From: Lobosporangium transversale
Taxonomy: Eukaryota
Assembly (NCBI RefSeq): GCF_002105155.1
Contig: NW_019028981.1
Coordinates: forward strand, 1,178,001 to 1,242,000
Direction: 5' to 3'
Length of the DNA stretch: 64,000 bases
Shown: positions 17,465-30,233 of the stretch, one piece after another
Position numbering within the stretch: position 1 is the first letter of the stretch
Layout of the letters: each line of letters opens with the position of its first letter
Position numbers and translations under genes: made by a program
Notes under the pieces: generated by a model
What the model saw: only the letters and a program-made list of their open reading frames with translations
What the model was told of the DNA's origin: nothing
The model's database searches: none

Positions 17465-20400
17465 TCACATTTGTCGTGGACCATCCTCATATATCATTTT
17501 GACCGTCGGGAACCGTAGACTCCAAACGAAACTATCCTCACCCTTTACAACTTGACCATTACTCATATTCTCACCATGGCTCTCACGCCTATTTTCGTTC
17601 TCCTCCTGTGGTACCCTATTCACCTTATCGCTCACTCCAACTCCATTCTCAGTTTCAGCTCCAGCCTCAGTCACTGTATGGCTGTCAGATGATAATCGTA
17701 GTGATGTTGGCGATGACGTCGAGGGCAAAGGTGTTGCTGTTGCTTGTGTCTTACTCTCTTCAAAATACTTGACTGTAATTGTTTTCCCCACAATCAAACT
17801 TGGATCCTTTCCATATCGGATTCTTTCCTCGGCTGAAAATCCAGAGCCAACTCGGACACGGTTCCCTCGATGTAGGATCACAACGTTTGTCAAGACATTA
17901 TCCAATTCCTCGAATTGACCATTCACAGCCAGGCGCATCGATCCGAGCATGGCATCTTGGACAATAAACTCGGCGTCCTGGAACTGCTTGATTTTGAGTA
18001 AATTGCGACTATTTAAAAAAAAAAGCGTCAAATGTAAGTAAAAATAAAAATAAAATAAAAGTAAAAATAAAAATAAAAACAAAAAAAAAAAAAAAAAAAA
18101 AAATTAACATACCTTCGTTTGCCCTCATAACCGACATCCTTTCGTAGGATCACTCCCTCCCATCCACGCTTCATGCCCTTGACAACCATCGCCTCCAACT
18201 GTTCAAAGTCCTTGATCCTAGTTTGTTGCAATACTCGGATCAATGGAGATGATGGCGGTAGCGATGCATTGTTCATAGCCTGAGGCCCTTCGTCAGTATT
18301 ACGCTGGTGAGGATGGGCCTTCTCCATCTCTAAAGCTTCTGTAATCCCTCTGATGCGTTCTGAAAAGGGTCTTGTCCCTATCCGTTCCTGGAACTCCTCG
18401 CCGGTCAAACAGTCAAAGAGACAATAAACAACCACATCTGATCTAGGCAGCAGCCATTTAGAGGAACTACCCTCTTCCATAGTACGTTCTAGCTCTAAAC
18501 TTTCATGAACTCTTTCCTTTTCCTTATCAACTTGTTTGTTCTGTTCCTTCCCGTCCTCTTTATTATCATCATTTTTGTCCTTGCCCTCATCATTGCCATC
18601 GAGTAGCAAGCTCTTTTGACCATCCCATCCACGTTTCGCAACGCTGACCGCCTTCAAGAAGCGTTCCTGGCCTAGCTCATCGTCAGGGCTCCCGATGTTT
18701 GCGAGATCAATACTACCACTCGTATAGTTGCTATTATCGTCGCTGTCCTCATTTCCTTGAGCAGAGCTCATGAGATTACTATTGATCTCAGTATCTGGTA
18801 TTAATGCTGGATCTGTTGAAAAGACACAAAGCTCACCATCCAAGATCAACGTTTCTGGTAATGGCTCCCTTCTCCTTATTGGATGTCCTCCTCTATCGAT
18901 GTTCATTAAGGATTTGTTCCAACCTAATGCTCGTTCAAAGAATCGCTCCCTTCTGCGTATCTCATCACCATTACTAGCATGATGTTCTGATTTCGAATCC
19001 TTTATAATGGAAGAAGAAAAAGACGAAGAAGTAGAAGAAGAAAGCAAACGGCGTAACTCCTCTCGAAGTGGTCCTAGGCTCTCAAACGCTTTTCCAGTCC
19101 GTGACAATGTTTCAATCTCACCTGTTAATCGATCGATTCGGATCAAACATCGTACACCATCCAACTTTCTAGATGCGTACCATCCATCCATCCCCACTTC
19201 TGCCTTATCGGTAAATGACACCGCTTCCTGTTTTTTTTTTGCTTTTGTCTTTTTCTTTTCCCTTTTTCCTTTTTCATTCGATCCAAGTGAAGGCGTAGAT
19301 ACTGTATCTGAATTAACCACCTTGAACAACAGTCGTGCCTGTTCAAGTCCTCCTGAAAGGCTATGTCCTAATGCTACATGAAATCCTGGGATCAGGTTCG
19401 GATATGCATCTCGAATCAAGTTCACATTGCACCCAGCTTTGAGGTTTTTATCGAGAATCCGGAATAAAAGTTTTGACCGTGATGTATTGAATAGTGCTAA
19501 TGTCCCGTTGATGTCATCGTTTCTCTGGATTTCAGTCGTAGAGCCATTCTGATCCTTGTCAGTTGTACAGAAACGTCGCATGAACAACAGGATAGTATCT
19601 AGAGCTGCATGTCCAGAAACAGCCCGTGTTGAAAGCGCATTCAACAATTCAGGGAGCGTGTCATAGACGCCACTTCCTCTTCTTAGCGATTCAGTACTAG
19701 CCCTACCGTTACTACTGCTATTACTACTACTACTGAAGCCTTGGGTGGATGGCGGTGTAAGAGCCTTTGCTTCGTTGTGTTGTTCCCGCACTTCTTTCGT
19801 TCGCGTTTTTGCATATTTAACAAGTCTAGCTGAGGAGACATTGAATTGTCGTGATGGGTCATAGATCCATGCCAAAAGTGGTGCTGGTCCTGGATACTCT
19901 TTCAGCAAGGCTCGTTTCGCAGTCGTGGAGTTTGTGAGCAGAAGCTTGTCGACCAATTCTTGTAATGCATCTAGATCCTGACCTGGTGGTGTCCTGGAAT
20001 ATCTGTAGTCCGATACTTTAGGAGCCCAGATTGGTGTTGTATTCTCTGTATCATGATTAGTAGCGATATGACCAATGTGTATGTTTTGCAATGATGGTCC
20101 TGTTATCGTTGTTAATGGTGTCAATACTTCATGGAGTTGCGTATCCTTTGTTTTAGACACATTTTGTTCTGCAACGCCAGTCGCTTTTCCTTTTGCTGCT
20201 TCTTCCCCAGTTTTTTTCTTTTTGGTGCGTGCATTCACTTTTAAAGGCTCTTGTCGCTGTCGTGGCTGCTGTTGCCGTTGTTGTTGCTTGTTGCTACTAG
20301 CTTTTTTGCTGTGACTATTCTGGCTAAGAGAAGGCTTGCATGTCGAAAACATACGATATTGATTTAATGGGCCAAATACGACGTCTTTGCCTTCACGCTG

Positions 20401-20580
20401 TAGTTGGTGTTGTATTACGGGCAAACAAGTTGCTGTGGACTGTGCTAACCTGATAGAACATTGATGCCCTTTTACTGATGTGAAATTGTGAATAAATGTT
20501 GGATGGAATGCGAAAGATCTTTGCATTCGTCGAATGGGGCAACATCTTGTTTTTGAAAATACTGTTGCCATGTGCGCCAT
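17465..20580 (-). CDS. ATP-dependent DNA ligase with T4-phage-like architecture and probable mitochondrial presequence, ~1003 aa, 2 exons
   Basis: Exons 20580-18113 and 18008-17465 (3012 nt, in frame). Ligase motifs: I RKLDGVRC, III ILDGELC, IIIa YCLFDCL, IV EGVILRK, V LLKIKQF, OB fold VGSGFS..GKTITVKYFE, VI SLRFPT. Confidence 0.9.
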
Positions 20581-20689
20581 TTGTTTTATTATGATTTACA
20601 AAAGAAGTGAGTGTTACAAGGCGATTGTCAATGAGTCAGAAAATTGCCTAATCGGTCGCTTTCATAGCTAACATGATTTGTTATCTCAT

Positions 20690-23600
20690 CTACACAAAGT
20701 AGTCGTCCCCTTCATAAAATCTATCAATCACCTCCTCCAACACTTCACCAGCTTCCAAGATCCGGAGCCTGCGGTCCTTAATCTGCTGAACAGCCCACTC
20801 CAGATCCGAAGTTCCATTCTTGGTTCCTTTCTGCAGTCGCACACGATGTTGCCCCACTATTGCTTGAAGATCGCTAAAAGGCGTCGCAACGGCATTACAG
20901 GCGTTACCAAATCTTCGCCTTGTCGCCAGCAAAACGCGGCCTGAAGATCGTGCTCCATTGGGTTCACTCATCTCCTCAAATAGAGCCACGGATCCTGCAG
21001 TATCGTCCCAACTATAACCATGACTAGTGCTACTACTGCCGCCCAATGATGATCGCGAGCGATGGGTTTGATATGACAGACGACGGTTACGATAACTGTC
21101 CAAGCTGTGTTGGCTCATCCTGCGTTCCCTTGGTGTGGGAAGAGGTGAAGTAGCTGCGGCTTTTGACGACGAGGATGTGAGCGGTGATGGAAGGTTAGGG
21201 GAAATGCGGGTTGCTGGTGGCGATGATGGGACGATGGTCTTTTTAACAAGCCCTAGTGGTGAAGATGCTAACACTGGGATCAAAGATATTGGACTTGAGG
21301 TTGGCAAAGATGCCGTCGTCATGTTCGATGCTGTTGGTTGGGATAGTGGTGGTGATAAGAAGACTAAAGCATAATCTTTGTTCTTGACAGGTAATCGCGC
21401 TAGTGTCTCAATCAATGCAGCGCTACTATCTTTGCTATTGACCGATTTCTCGCTGCTCTCCTTACCATCCAATGATGATGAAGATGGTAACCTGACTGGC
21501 CCTTCACTATCCTGCCTTCCCTTGCGCCATGCTAATACACCACTACCTGGGCCACCATGGGAGCTTGATACTTGATGGATCGATACACCCTTATCTTGCA
21601 GTCGGACAACAACATACGTATATATTATTCGTATCACTAGCCTAAATTTCGTATCAAAACTGGAGCGTGTACCCATACCGATTGAGCCGAGCATGCCTTT
21701 TGTCGAATCCCGATCTCGACACCAAGTCTCCAAGGCTCTACAGACCTGCTTAAGCGCATTCAAGAACCGACTCTGTAAAACACTATTATAAAAAGAAGGA
21801 ATAGAGTGTCAACAAGAGTAGTATTAATGAGCAAACCAATGCAACCAACATCATGCAGATATAAAGCTATAGAATACCTGTGCACAGATTCCTTGGCCAC
21901 TAGATTAAAAAACATTCTCAGTAACAATAAACTTTGGTATGCTTTCCAAGGTTCAATCGCCTGGAGATCAATCTTGGAGATTATCTCAGCTAGTTCTTTT
22001 CCCAACCCCAAGACTTCATCGAAATCCAGACTTTTCTCACAGTCCTCAAGTCGTTGTAGGAGTCGTCCATATATGGTCAAGATGGCGCCTTGCTTCAGCC
22101 CTTGCTCTAAAAACTCATCCTCACTCAATTCCGGCGCTTCAAGTTGTGTTTTAATTTGAGTCCACGAATTTCGACCCCCTGAGAATTGCCATTGATCATT
22201 TTGTCCACTATGACTATTGCTATAGCTGTGGCTATGACGATGTAATGGTGACTTGACATGGCCAACCATCATAGGAATTGGAATAACCATCTGCTGAGTG
22301 GTAGAGGTCTCCTCCAGGCCAAACGTGGAACCCGATGCACTATGGTAGCCTCCCCTACTAAAGCCGCCATCAGAAAAAGATGAGCCTTGGCGGCCATCCC
22401 AAATGTCAAACTCGCGTTCAATTGCTTCTTCTAGAAGATATACCATGGCCGGAATAGAGTTTAATCTTTGACATATCACTCGGACAACATCGAGCTGAAT
22501 AGTGTTCACTTCCGAAATCATCCTGGCAAGCCCGCGCTGCACTACTTCAAATGAGTGGATATATGGCGATGACGACGACACTGATGCTGACGCCTTGCCA
22601 CATTGGTTCAGGATCCCGATAAGGTTTGAAAGAGGGCGATAAATGCTGGGATGCTTCGCTTCATACCTATTTCCTGCCATTCGGTCTAACACTTGGCCAA
22701 GGTGTTGAATCACTAGCGGAATGGCATCCATTCTGAAATTAACATTTTGGGAGTCTTGTGCAGAAGAAGCAAGCCTTGTTTGAAGCAATCGAAGCACATA
22801 TCCAAAATAGATAAGAACCCGCTCTTCGCTCAGATGAATCGTACTCCCTTGAACGTCTTTCAGATCTTCCTCGCCATCAAGATCGCTTTGGTCGATACTT
22901 TCGAGGCCTACCGTAATGCGCATCCAGTATAATAGCAGACCCAGTGGACTAGAAAGGTCATCCCATTTTCCGGCTCGATCCCACTGAATGTTCAGTTCTT
23001 GGACCTGATTGTTGAGTTCATCTGTCGATAATAAACTCCAATCGCCTGCTTCAAATATAACTGCCCAAAGGCGGTCCAGAAACATCTGCTTCATCTCTAT
23101 ATCACTCCCCGTCACGAGGTCTACGTTTTGTATGATTTTTAGGCCAAGTTTCAAGAATGTCGATTCCGTTTGGTGCCACTCCGCAGTACCTTTTTGTCCT
23201 TCAATTTGCAATGCCTGGGGCCGCAAGTTCGAGTCCGCCTTCTCCATAACAAGCATGACAAGATAATTCCAGAACTCGATCCGAACCTCGTCATTTTTCA
23301 ATTCTGTTGATACCCATAGAACTCTTTCCACGCTATCTTTGGACAATCTTAATCCCCTCCAGTTGATCCTATGGAAATGTTGGTGAATCAGCATGATCTG
23401 GTTAATAGATCCTTTCGCGAGTGTGCTTTGATGTATCATCTCGATCCAAAATCCAAATATCTCAGCAAGCATGGGACTAGTATCATGGTAGTACGCATGA
23501 AGAGAGCCCACCATCTTGGATATGATACCGACGAATGCGAAAAGAAGCCGACTAGCGCCGCTTTGTTGCCGCTGGAAATGCGCTTCGTCGACTGCATTCA

Positions 23601-26600
23601 CTGTAAGACATTCTAGCCATGGCTGGAATACAGATATAGTGTCGTGCCACATCTTACACTGAGTTGGGATAAGAATTCTGTCTCTAGTAGATCGGCATCC
23701 TACAGAGGTTGGGCATTCCATCTGTAAAGGCTCATTCATGTTAAAAAATCCAGCCTTTCCACGCGTCGGGTCCATCCACTTGCTCATATATCTCTCATCA
23801 CACATCACGACCGTCAAAAGCGACGCAATTGATAGTGCGTATCCATTGTATCGATCAAGCAGATTTCCACGTGCCATCTTCTCCTGACACTCATTAAAGT
23901 AGGTCGCTAAGAATTGAACAAGGCGTTCAAAGTCATAATCTGACAACCCAATATTTGTAATAGGTTTGCTGTCCTTGCAGTTTAATAACCCAGACTCATC
24001 TAGAGTATCAGCACCATCTAGTAATGCTGGAATCAACCGCGGCTCAACACCCATAATGCGGATAAAGTCTTCCAAAACCTCGGGTTCCAGGCACATGATA
24101 CCGCATGTGTCAAAAAGGATCCTCAGATAGTCGATAAAGTCTTGCTGTAAGAAATTCAAAAAAAGCGTACCCGCCAGCTCGCGATGCGACTTGATGATTG
24201 CAAGCCGATCTCGTGTACTGAGCTCCGTGGATTTTTGGATCTGATCATCATGCTTTTGGAGTTGTTGCTGTGCCACCATAGCTGTAAATGCGACTTCATA
24301 AAATGCTAGCCTGTCCTGTACAGACGGATCATCATGCTGCTGCTGTTGCTGTATGTTTTTGCTTTTATCCCGCCCACAGGCCCAGGCTTGAACATCAAAT
24401 TGCCTTAACAAAACATCTTTGGACGCTAGTCCATACTCTTTGCATGTTGCTACTTTCTGATAAAGCCTCACGAACTCGGATGGTAAGGCTGCAGGGTAAA
24501 ATGTTTTGTGCAAAATGGCAATTTTGAAATCATCCTTCTGCATCATATCCAAAATAGGTTCTGTCTGCTTAGGATCGTTTGCAACAACCTGGACTCCTAA
24601 AGTGTTGACAATGGATGTGAGGAGCATATGAGCTGGTGGATAGGTCCGAGCGTCTTCAAGGAGTTCGTTGCACAGATAATAGAAAGATTGAATTGACAAA
24701 TCTTGAAAACTGGCATCAGTAGGATTCAGGCTGATGTGCTGTAACAAAGCATCAATAACCTTGAAAATATCGAGCGCTGCAAGACAGAACGATTGTTCGA
24801 TAGCTCCTAATCGGGCTGTGCGAGCACGTTCGCGGTTTTCAACGATTGATGCCCGGATCTGTTCATTCAAGACAACCTCTTCATAACTCAATTCGAACTT
24901 TGCAGGCCGCGTGCATCGGGTATTTGGTGTAATATTACAGGCGATCTCCACCTTTGACGTCTTGAGATCATTGTGGTAGAGCGAGCCAAGTTCATTAAGA
25001 TATGACGCATCCAAGCTTTCATACGCCTTATTTGTTGCTCGATATGATTTGCAATAATTTTTGATAGTACGCACGGCTTGGATGAACAAGCTCTGGCAGG
25101 TCGCTTTGGATTCAATAACTGGAGGCTGCACTAGCATGCGAGGTATAAAAAATACGGGCCCTGGCTTTGCTTGCTTAACAAGACAGTTACTGATTTTATG
25201 TTCCTGCCAGGCATGACTGTGTTTCCGTATATCACGAGTTTGGCAGTGCTCTCTAATCCCTGACTGTTGCGAGCTTAACCGGCGAGATGTGGGTGGTGAG
25301 TTTGGAGATAGCGAAGACGGTATTTCTGAACTCTGGATAGAGGTGCCCTGATTCGGAGGCTGTCTCTCAAACAGAATATCTTTCCATAAATCTGAACTAC
25401 ATTCCAAAGGGTCTGGTAGTCTGCACGTAAAAAGGCGATTGGGCATCAGATCTTTACGAATCCTCTTCAGATCAATGTCTGCAGTTAATAGTAATGGTTC
25501 ACTAATCCAACCGTGGAGCGCGATATAGAGCTCGTGTAGAGCTGTCAATGGAGCAGCATTAATGGCATCCATGTCCTGGATCGCTTTGCGAGCCTCCATC
25601 CCAAAATAAGCGTATGTCTGCTGTAGCCTATCGCGGAGTTGGTCTACTATCTCCGGATTGGTTTCTAGAAACTTGTAACCATAAAATATGCCATGATGTT
25701 CAGCATGGCCGAAATAAAGGTAAAAGAACATTTGCCAAAACAAGGGTAAAAGAAGCGTGTCGAAGGGAAGAATAAGGAGATGCTGCGCCCATCGCCAGAT
25801 TGCAAAATTATGCAAGGTCTTCCGAGAAGTGATGCCAAGTGTTTTCACAACAGATTTGATGCTGCCATGGGCTTTTAGGTCCTCATGATGTTGACGATAA
25901 TAGCTTCCGACCTTGATCCTCATCTCCCGTTCCATACTAGTCTCAACTGATAGTACATAATACGCAAACCAGATTGAGTTTGTCTCGACCATAGCCTGTT
26001 GCGTTAGCAGGCTCGTGGCAAACGACCTGACTGACCAAGTTCCCATGAGCAAACTGGGGTCATTCGACCCTTGGGGGATGGGTAATGTTTTCAGAAATCG
26101 TTCTGGCAACATTTCCATGACTCTATCCAGTCCAGGTTGGGCCAGTTCCATTAACTCGGTCGACATACCTGGTGCTTGCCGGAATTCGATGGAAAGTAGA
26201 ATCTGCTGTTCTGTTAAAACATCTTTGGGGATTCTGTCTAAACCCGTTTCAAAGCTGAAAAGACAGATAATGTCCATAATCTGAACCCATTCCTGACGCG
26301 CCATCCAATCCTTTTGAGAAACTACAGCCGATATCCAAAGTTTAAGGACTCTGGAAGCATTGCCACTGGACTGGGTGCCGGAATGTTCTAGATGGAAATG
26401 TAGTAGGCACCAGACCCCTGAAAGCCCTTTTGGGATTTTCGGGTGTGAGAGATTGTGTAATCCGATTACACGTGCCCCCGCTGTTGCAAGCAACGGATCT
26501 TGCTTCCATGATGCCATACTCCATAATAGTCGGCTAAATGGTGCAGCATGAGCACACACGTCTGCTCCAGAATTGAGGATCGGGGGAATCAGGTTCCCCG

Positions 26601-29600
26601 CCAAGATCAGAAAGACAGTTCCAAGTCCAGCCTGAAGAATTGCCACCAAAGTAGCCCAGCCCTCCTGTAAAAAGTGTTCTGCATCACGACTAGCTTCTGT
26701 CAATAGAAAGTGGATGGTTCGGGCAAATGTTTGCTGCATTTGATAGAATTGTTGATGCTTTGTCGTCCCTGAGTCTTGTGGATATAGCCTGGAAGCCTCC
26801 ACTAGCGTTAGCACTGGGACCTTTGTTAGATTCAGTTTGCCCAGCATATTCCAACACCAGTCCATATAACCCTTCATGGCAGCCTGCTCAGAACGATGGA
26901 TTCCTGACTGCGTTGCAATGTTTGTAATGGCTTGAGGCAGATTAGGGGCGAGGGATGCCGTGGACTTTTGGTCAGACGAAGCGGCGCGCGGTGAACTTAC
27001 TGTTGAGTTTTCCTCTGCTTTGCCTTCGCTAACCTTAGTATCGACACCAATTTGAGTGCCTCCATGGTAATGTATACATATGTCGACCATTGTGAGCGCC
27101 AATTCTTTGCTGTAAACAAGTGGGACTTGTGTTCTCTCATTGCTATGAAAGGTCGAGCCGTCCAAATCTACTTGCCGAAAAAGGAAAAAAGCTATACTCT
27201 GTTAAAAATCAATGAAACCCATGGTCTAATAAAACGCGCGCCTCGAAACATGTTGTTTGATACGGGAATGTATACCTTGAGGCACCCAAGGTAAATGGCT
27301 AAAAATAAACCTCGCAAATAGGGATTGTGTGCTGCTTAAAGGCCGTGTCTCTAATAGTCGTTTAAGCGCTTTGAAATCGCCTGAAGAAATTTCCCATTCC
27401 TCTAGAGGCAAGCCTCGGAACAAATACTGGGCCATGTCATCCATTTCATTAAATTTAGTCTCGACGACCCCAAGCAGGAAGGATATCACTCTTGGGTTAG
27501 AATCGCAGATTGAGCTCAGGATTTCCCGTGCAGGCTTCCCAAGTTCTTGTCGGATGTCTAAGTCTATATATGCAGCATCAATGATAAGGAAGGCCACTAT
27601 GAAGGCAATATTCTGCTCCAATAAAGCAAGTTCCTTGTCCTGGCATGCTGCAGGAGAGCTACTATTGCTCAAAGACCTTGAGTTTGCCATGGTAGCCATA
27701 GCTGTGAGTAGGAAGACAGCCTCTCCGGGATTTGTACCAAGTGCTGTCCTCAGTTTGATTGATTCAGGGGCGATAGAGAGTAACTCTGTTGGATTAGTGA
27801 TCCATTTAGCAATGTTTTCAAGTGCAATCTCTTCGAGAAGTGTAGCTACAGAACAGCTGGACATGAATTTGTAAGGTATTGAAGGTAGAAACGCCCACAA
27901 CCCACGACCCGGTGATTCAAATAGAGCACTTGTAATATCGATAAATATATGGTCAAGCTCTGTGTTTAACGTTGTAGTGATCTCTCTAGTTTCATTGATA
28001 GCCACGCAGTTAATACAATAATATGAAGCTCTGATCAAGCCATAACTTCATGGAGTATTCGAACCTGAACGAAATTACTTACACGCTTAGCTTAATACTA
28101 GCGCTTGCCTTACTATGGTCACGCTCAGATGAAGGTCCAAGGATCAACAAGTGGTCGCCCAGGATCTGGGCCAATTGACAGAGTAATTGGGATAAACGCT
28201 TTGCAACCATAGTGAAAGCTGTCAGTCGTCGTAGCGCATGTATGATAACGTCAAACAAGTGGCGGGTTGTACTCAATAGTCGCAACGCAGCACGTTCTGA
28301 GAGCTCTCGCCGTAGGATCGAGCCGTCATTGGAGTAAATTTCCTTTTGTTCTTGTAGAAGGCGATTGAAAAATAATGGCAAGTCCATTTGGTCTAAAAGA
28401 GCCAGATAGTCGTCTTCTTCCAAATGCAATCCGAGTTCAATTAAAGGTCCTGAAAGACAGCTTTGTGGTGACTCCTTGAGTTTATGTTTACGCATTAATG
28501 AGCCAGTCAATACTAGCTCCACCTGAGTAATGTAAAAGTCCTGGTATGTCTTTGACCAGGTTATTGGTATCCCGCATTGCACAAAAGTTGCAGCCCAGTT
28601 TGATACCTGACGTGTTCGGAGTACCTGCACGGTTAAATACTCATATTCGATGATACCACCATAGTGCAAAAAGGTAGCTGCGAGAAGAGATATCCAGTGC
28701 TGAATGGATTGAAGGATTGAGTTTGTGGATGCAACAGTCGGTTCCTGCGCATTCGATGATGTCGATGAAAACAATGGTGACTCTGGGAGAGCCGCATCAG
28801 TTTTCCGTTCATCGACTTCCGCTTTAAAATCTGGCTGCCTTCGAGCAGATCTTTCAAATTGGAAGAGAATATCGAGATAGTTCCTCACTCGCTCCAAGTC
28901 TTGCTTATTAGGGGGTGTTCCTATCCAAGGTACTTTGCCTATCTCCTCCTGTCTTTGATTCCTATTCATTATCCATGAAATATTACTCAAAAAAGCCGCA
29001 AGGTGGTCTTCGATCCAAAGCCGACATGATGTTTCCTCATATTGCATTTGTACTAGACTCTTTGTTCGTTGTTTATAAAGGCGAGCGAGGGACTTTTTAA
29101 GTTTCATGGCCACCTCCGGTTCATGATGCCCATGCTGATAGCTATAGTTGTGTGAGATGATGTTTCCATCACCACATGTGGCTTTTGCGACCTCTGACTT
29201 TGTTTCAACTTTCCAGAGTCTACTTGCATATCCTTTAGCTTTTTGTTGAAGGTTAAATATTGTAAGTTTGGATTGCTGCACAGACTCATGCGCCTTCTCA
29301 TAAGACTGCATATGGCTGAAAAACGCATCTAAATCATCATCCGTCGTATCAACAGTTAAGGACTCCTCAAACTGTAGTAGCCTTTGGGATAGCCCATTCA
29401 ATTGTTCATTTTCATATTGTTGTCGTAAATGCTGGGCGGACAGATTCGCCTGAATACGAAGAGCTTCAACGTCTAGGCTGAGCTGTTGGGCACTGCTTTG
29501 CTTCTGCTCATGCGGTATATTATATGTCTGTTCCAAAACTGGATAGGATACAGAAGGTTCTGTGGGATAGAGCTGCTCAGGCTGACTATCGCCATCTGTC

Positions 29601-29899
29601 GGGCTATATATTGACGTGCACCATGTCGGCTGAGATAGCGGTGAAATGGAAGATGGAGGCGGAGGAGGAGCAGAAGGAGAGTAAGCTAAATCTGGATACG
29701 GAGCGAAGGATGTGTGTGATGGGCGTAAAGAGTGTGATGATAGTAGCAGAGGAGCAGAGGGTGGAGTAGAAGGTGGAGCAGAAGGTGGAGCAGAAGGTGG
29801 AGCAGAAGGTGGAGCGGAGGGTTCAATTGAGTAACTTCTTGCAGAGATAGGAGGCGGTGGAACGTGCGGATAAATGCTCTGCGTTTGGTGACTATCCAT
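20690..29899 (-). CDS. EPG5: EPG5-like (ectopic P-granules protein 5) autophagy tether, ~2969 aa, 4 exons
   Basis: Exons 29899-28083, 27985-27276, 27167-21878 and 21782-20690 sum to 8910 nt in frame. Segments recall animal EPG5: IWRWAQHLLILPFDTLLLPLFWQMFFYLY, YLFRGLPLEEW, ATCGDGNIISHNY. Size and helical character also fit. Confidence 0.75.
29755..29820 (-). repeat. 12-bp coding tandem repeat (SAPP)x~5 in the EPG5-like N-terminus
   Basis: Plus-strand unit gcagaaggtgga repeated; protein EPSAPPSAPPSAPPSAPPSTPPSAP. Confidence 0.85.
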
Positions 29900-30233
29900 C
29901 GCGTATCTCTATTTAGCTCTTTGTATATCATTTCTTTGGTCAGCAGAGAGGCATATGAGATTGGTAAATGTGAGTAATATAACGTATAATGGTACCTTTT
30001 TATCATACAGGTGTGCTGTAGAGCCTAAAGAAAGTAAGCAAGTAAACAAAAACGATGGGAAGCGAAGAAAAAGAATTGATGAGAAGCTAAGGAGGGAATG
30101 TAATGAAGTTAATTCAAGAGGTCAAAAAATCTCGACACATGGCTCTTGGCGCAGTCCTCTGTATCAGGGCACAAGACCAACCTATTAATTTCCTTTTTGT
30201 TAAAGACTCATTTAGACAATTCTCTTATTTACC

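Noticed and set aside
23650..23740. Possible in-frame intron inside EPG5 exon 3
   Set aside because: The frame stays open and I could not fix convincing splice sites; left as coding.
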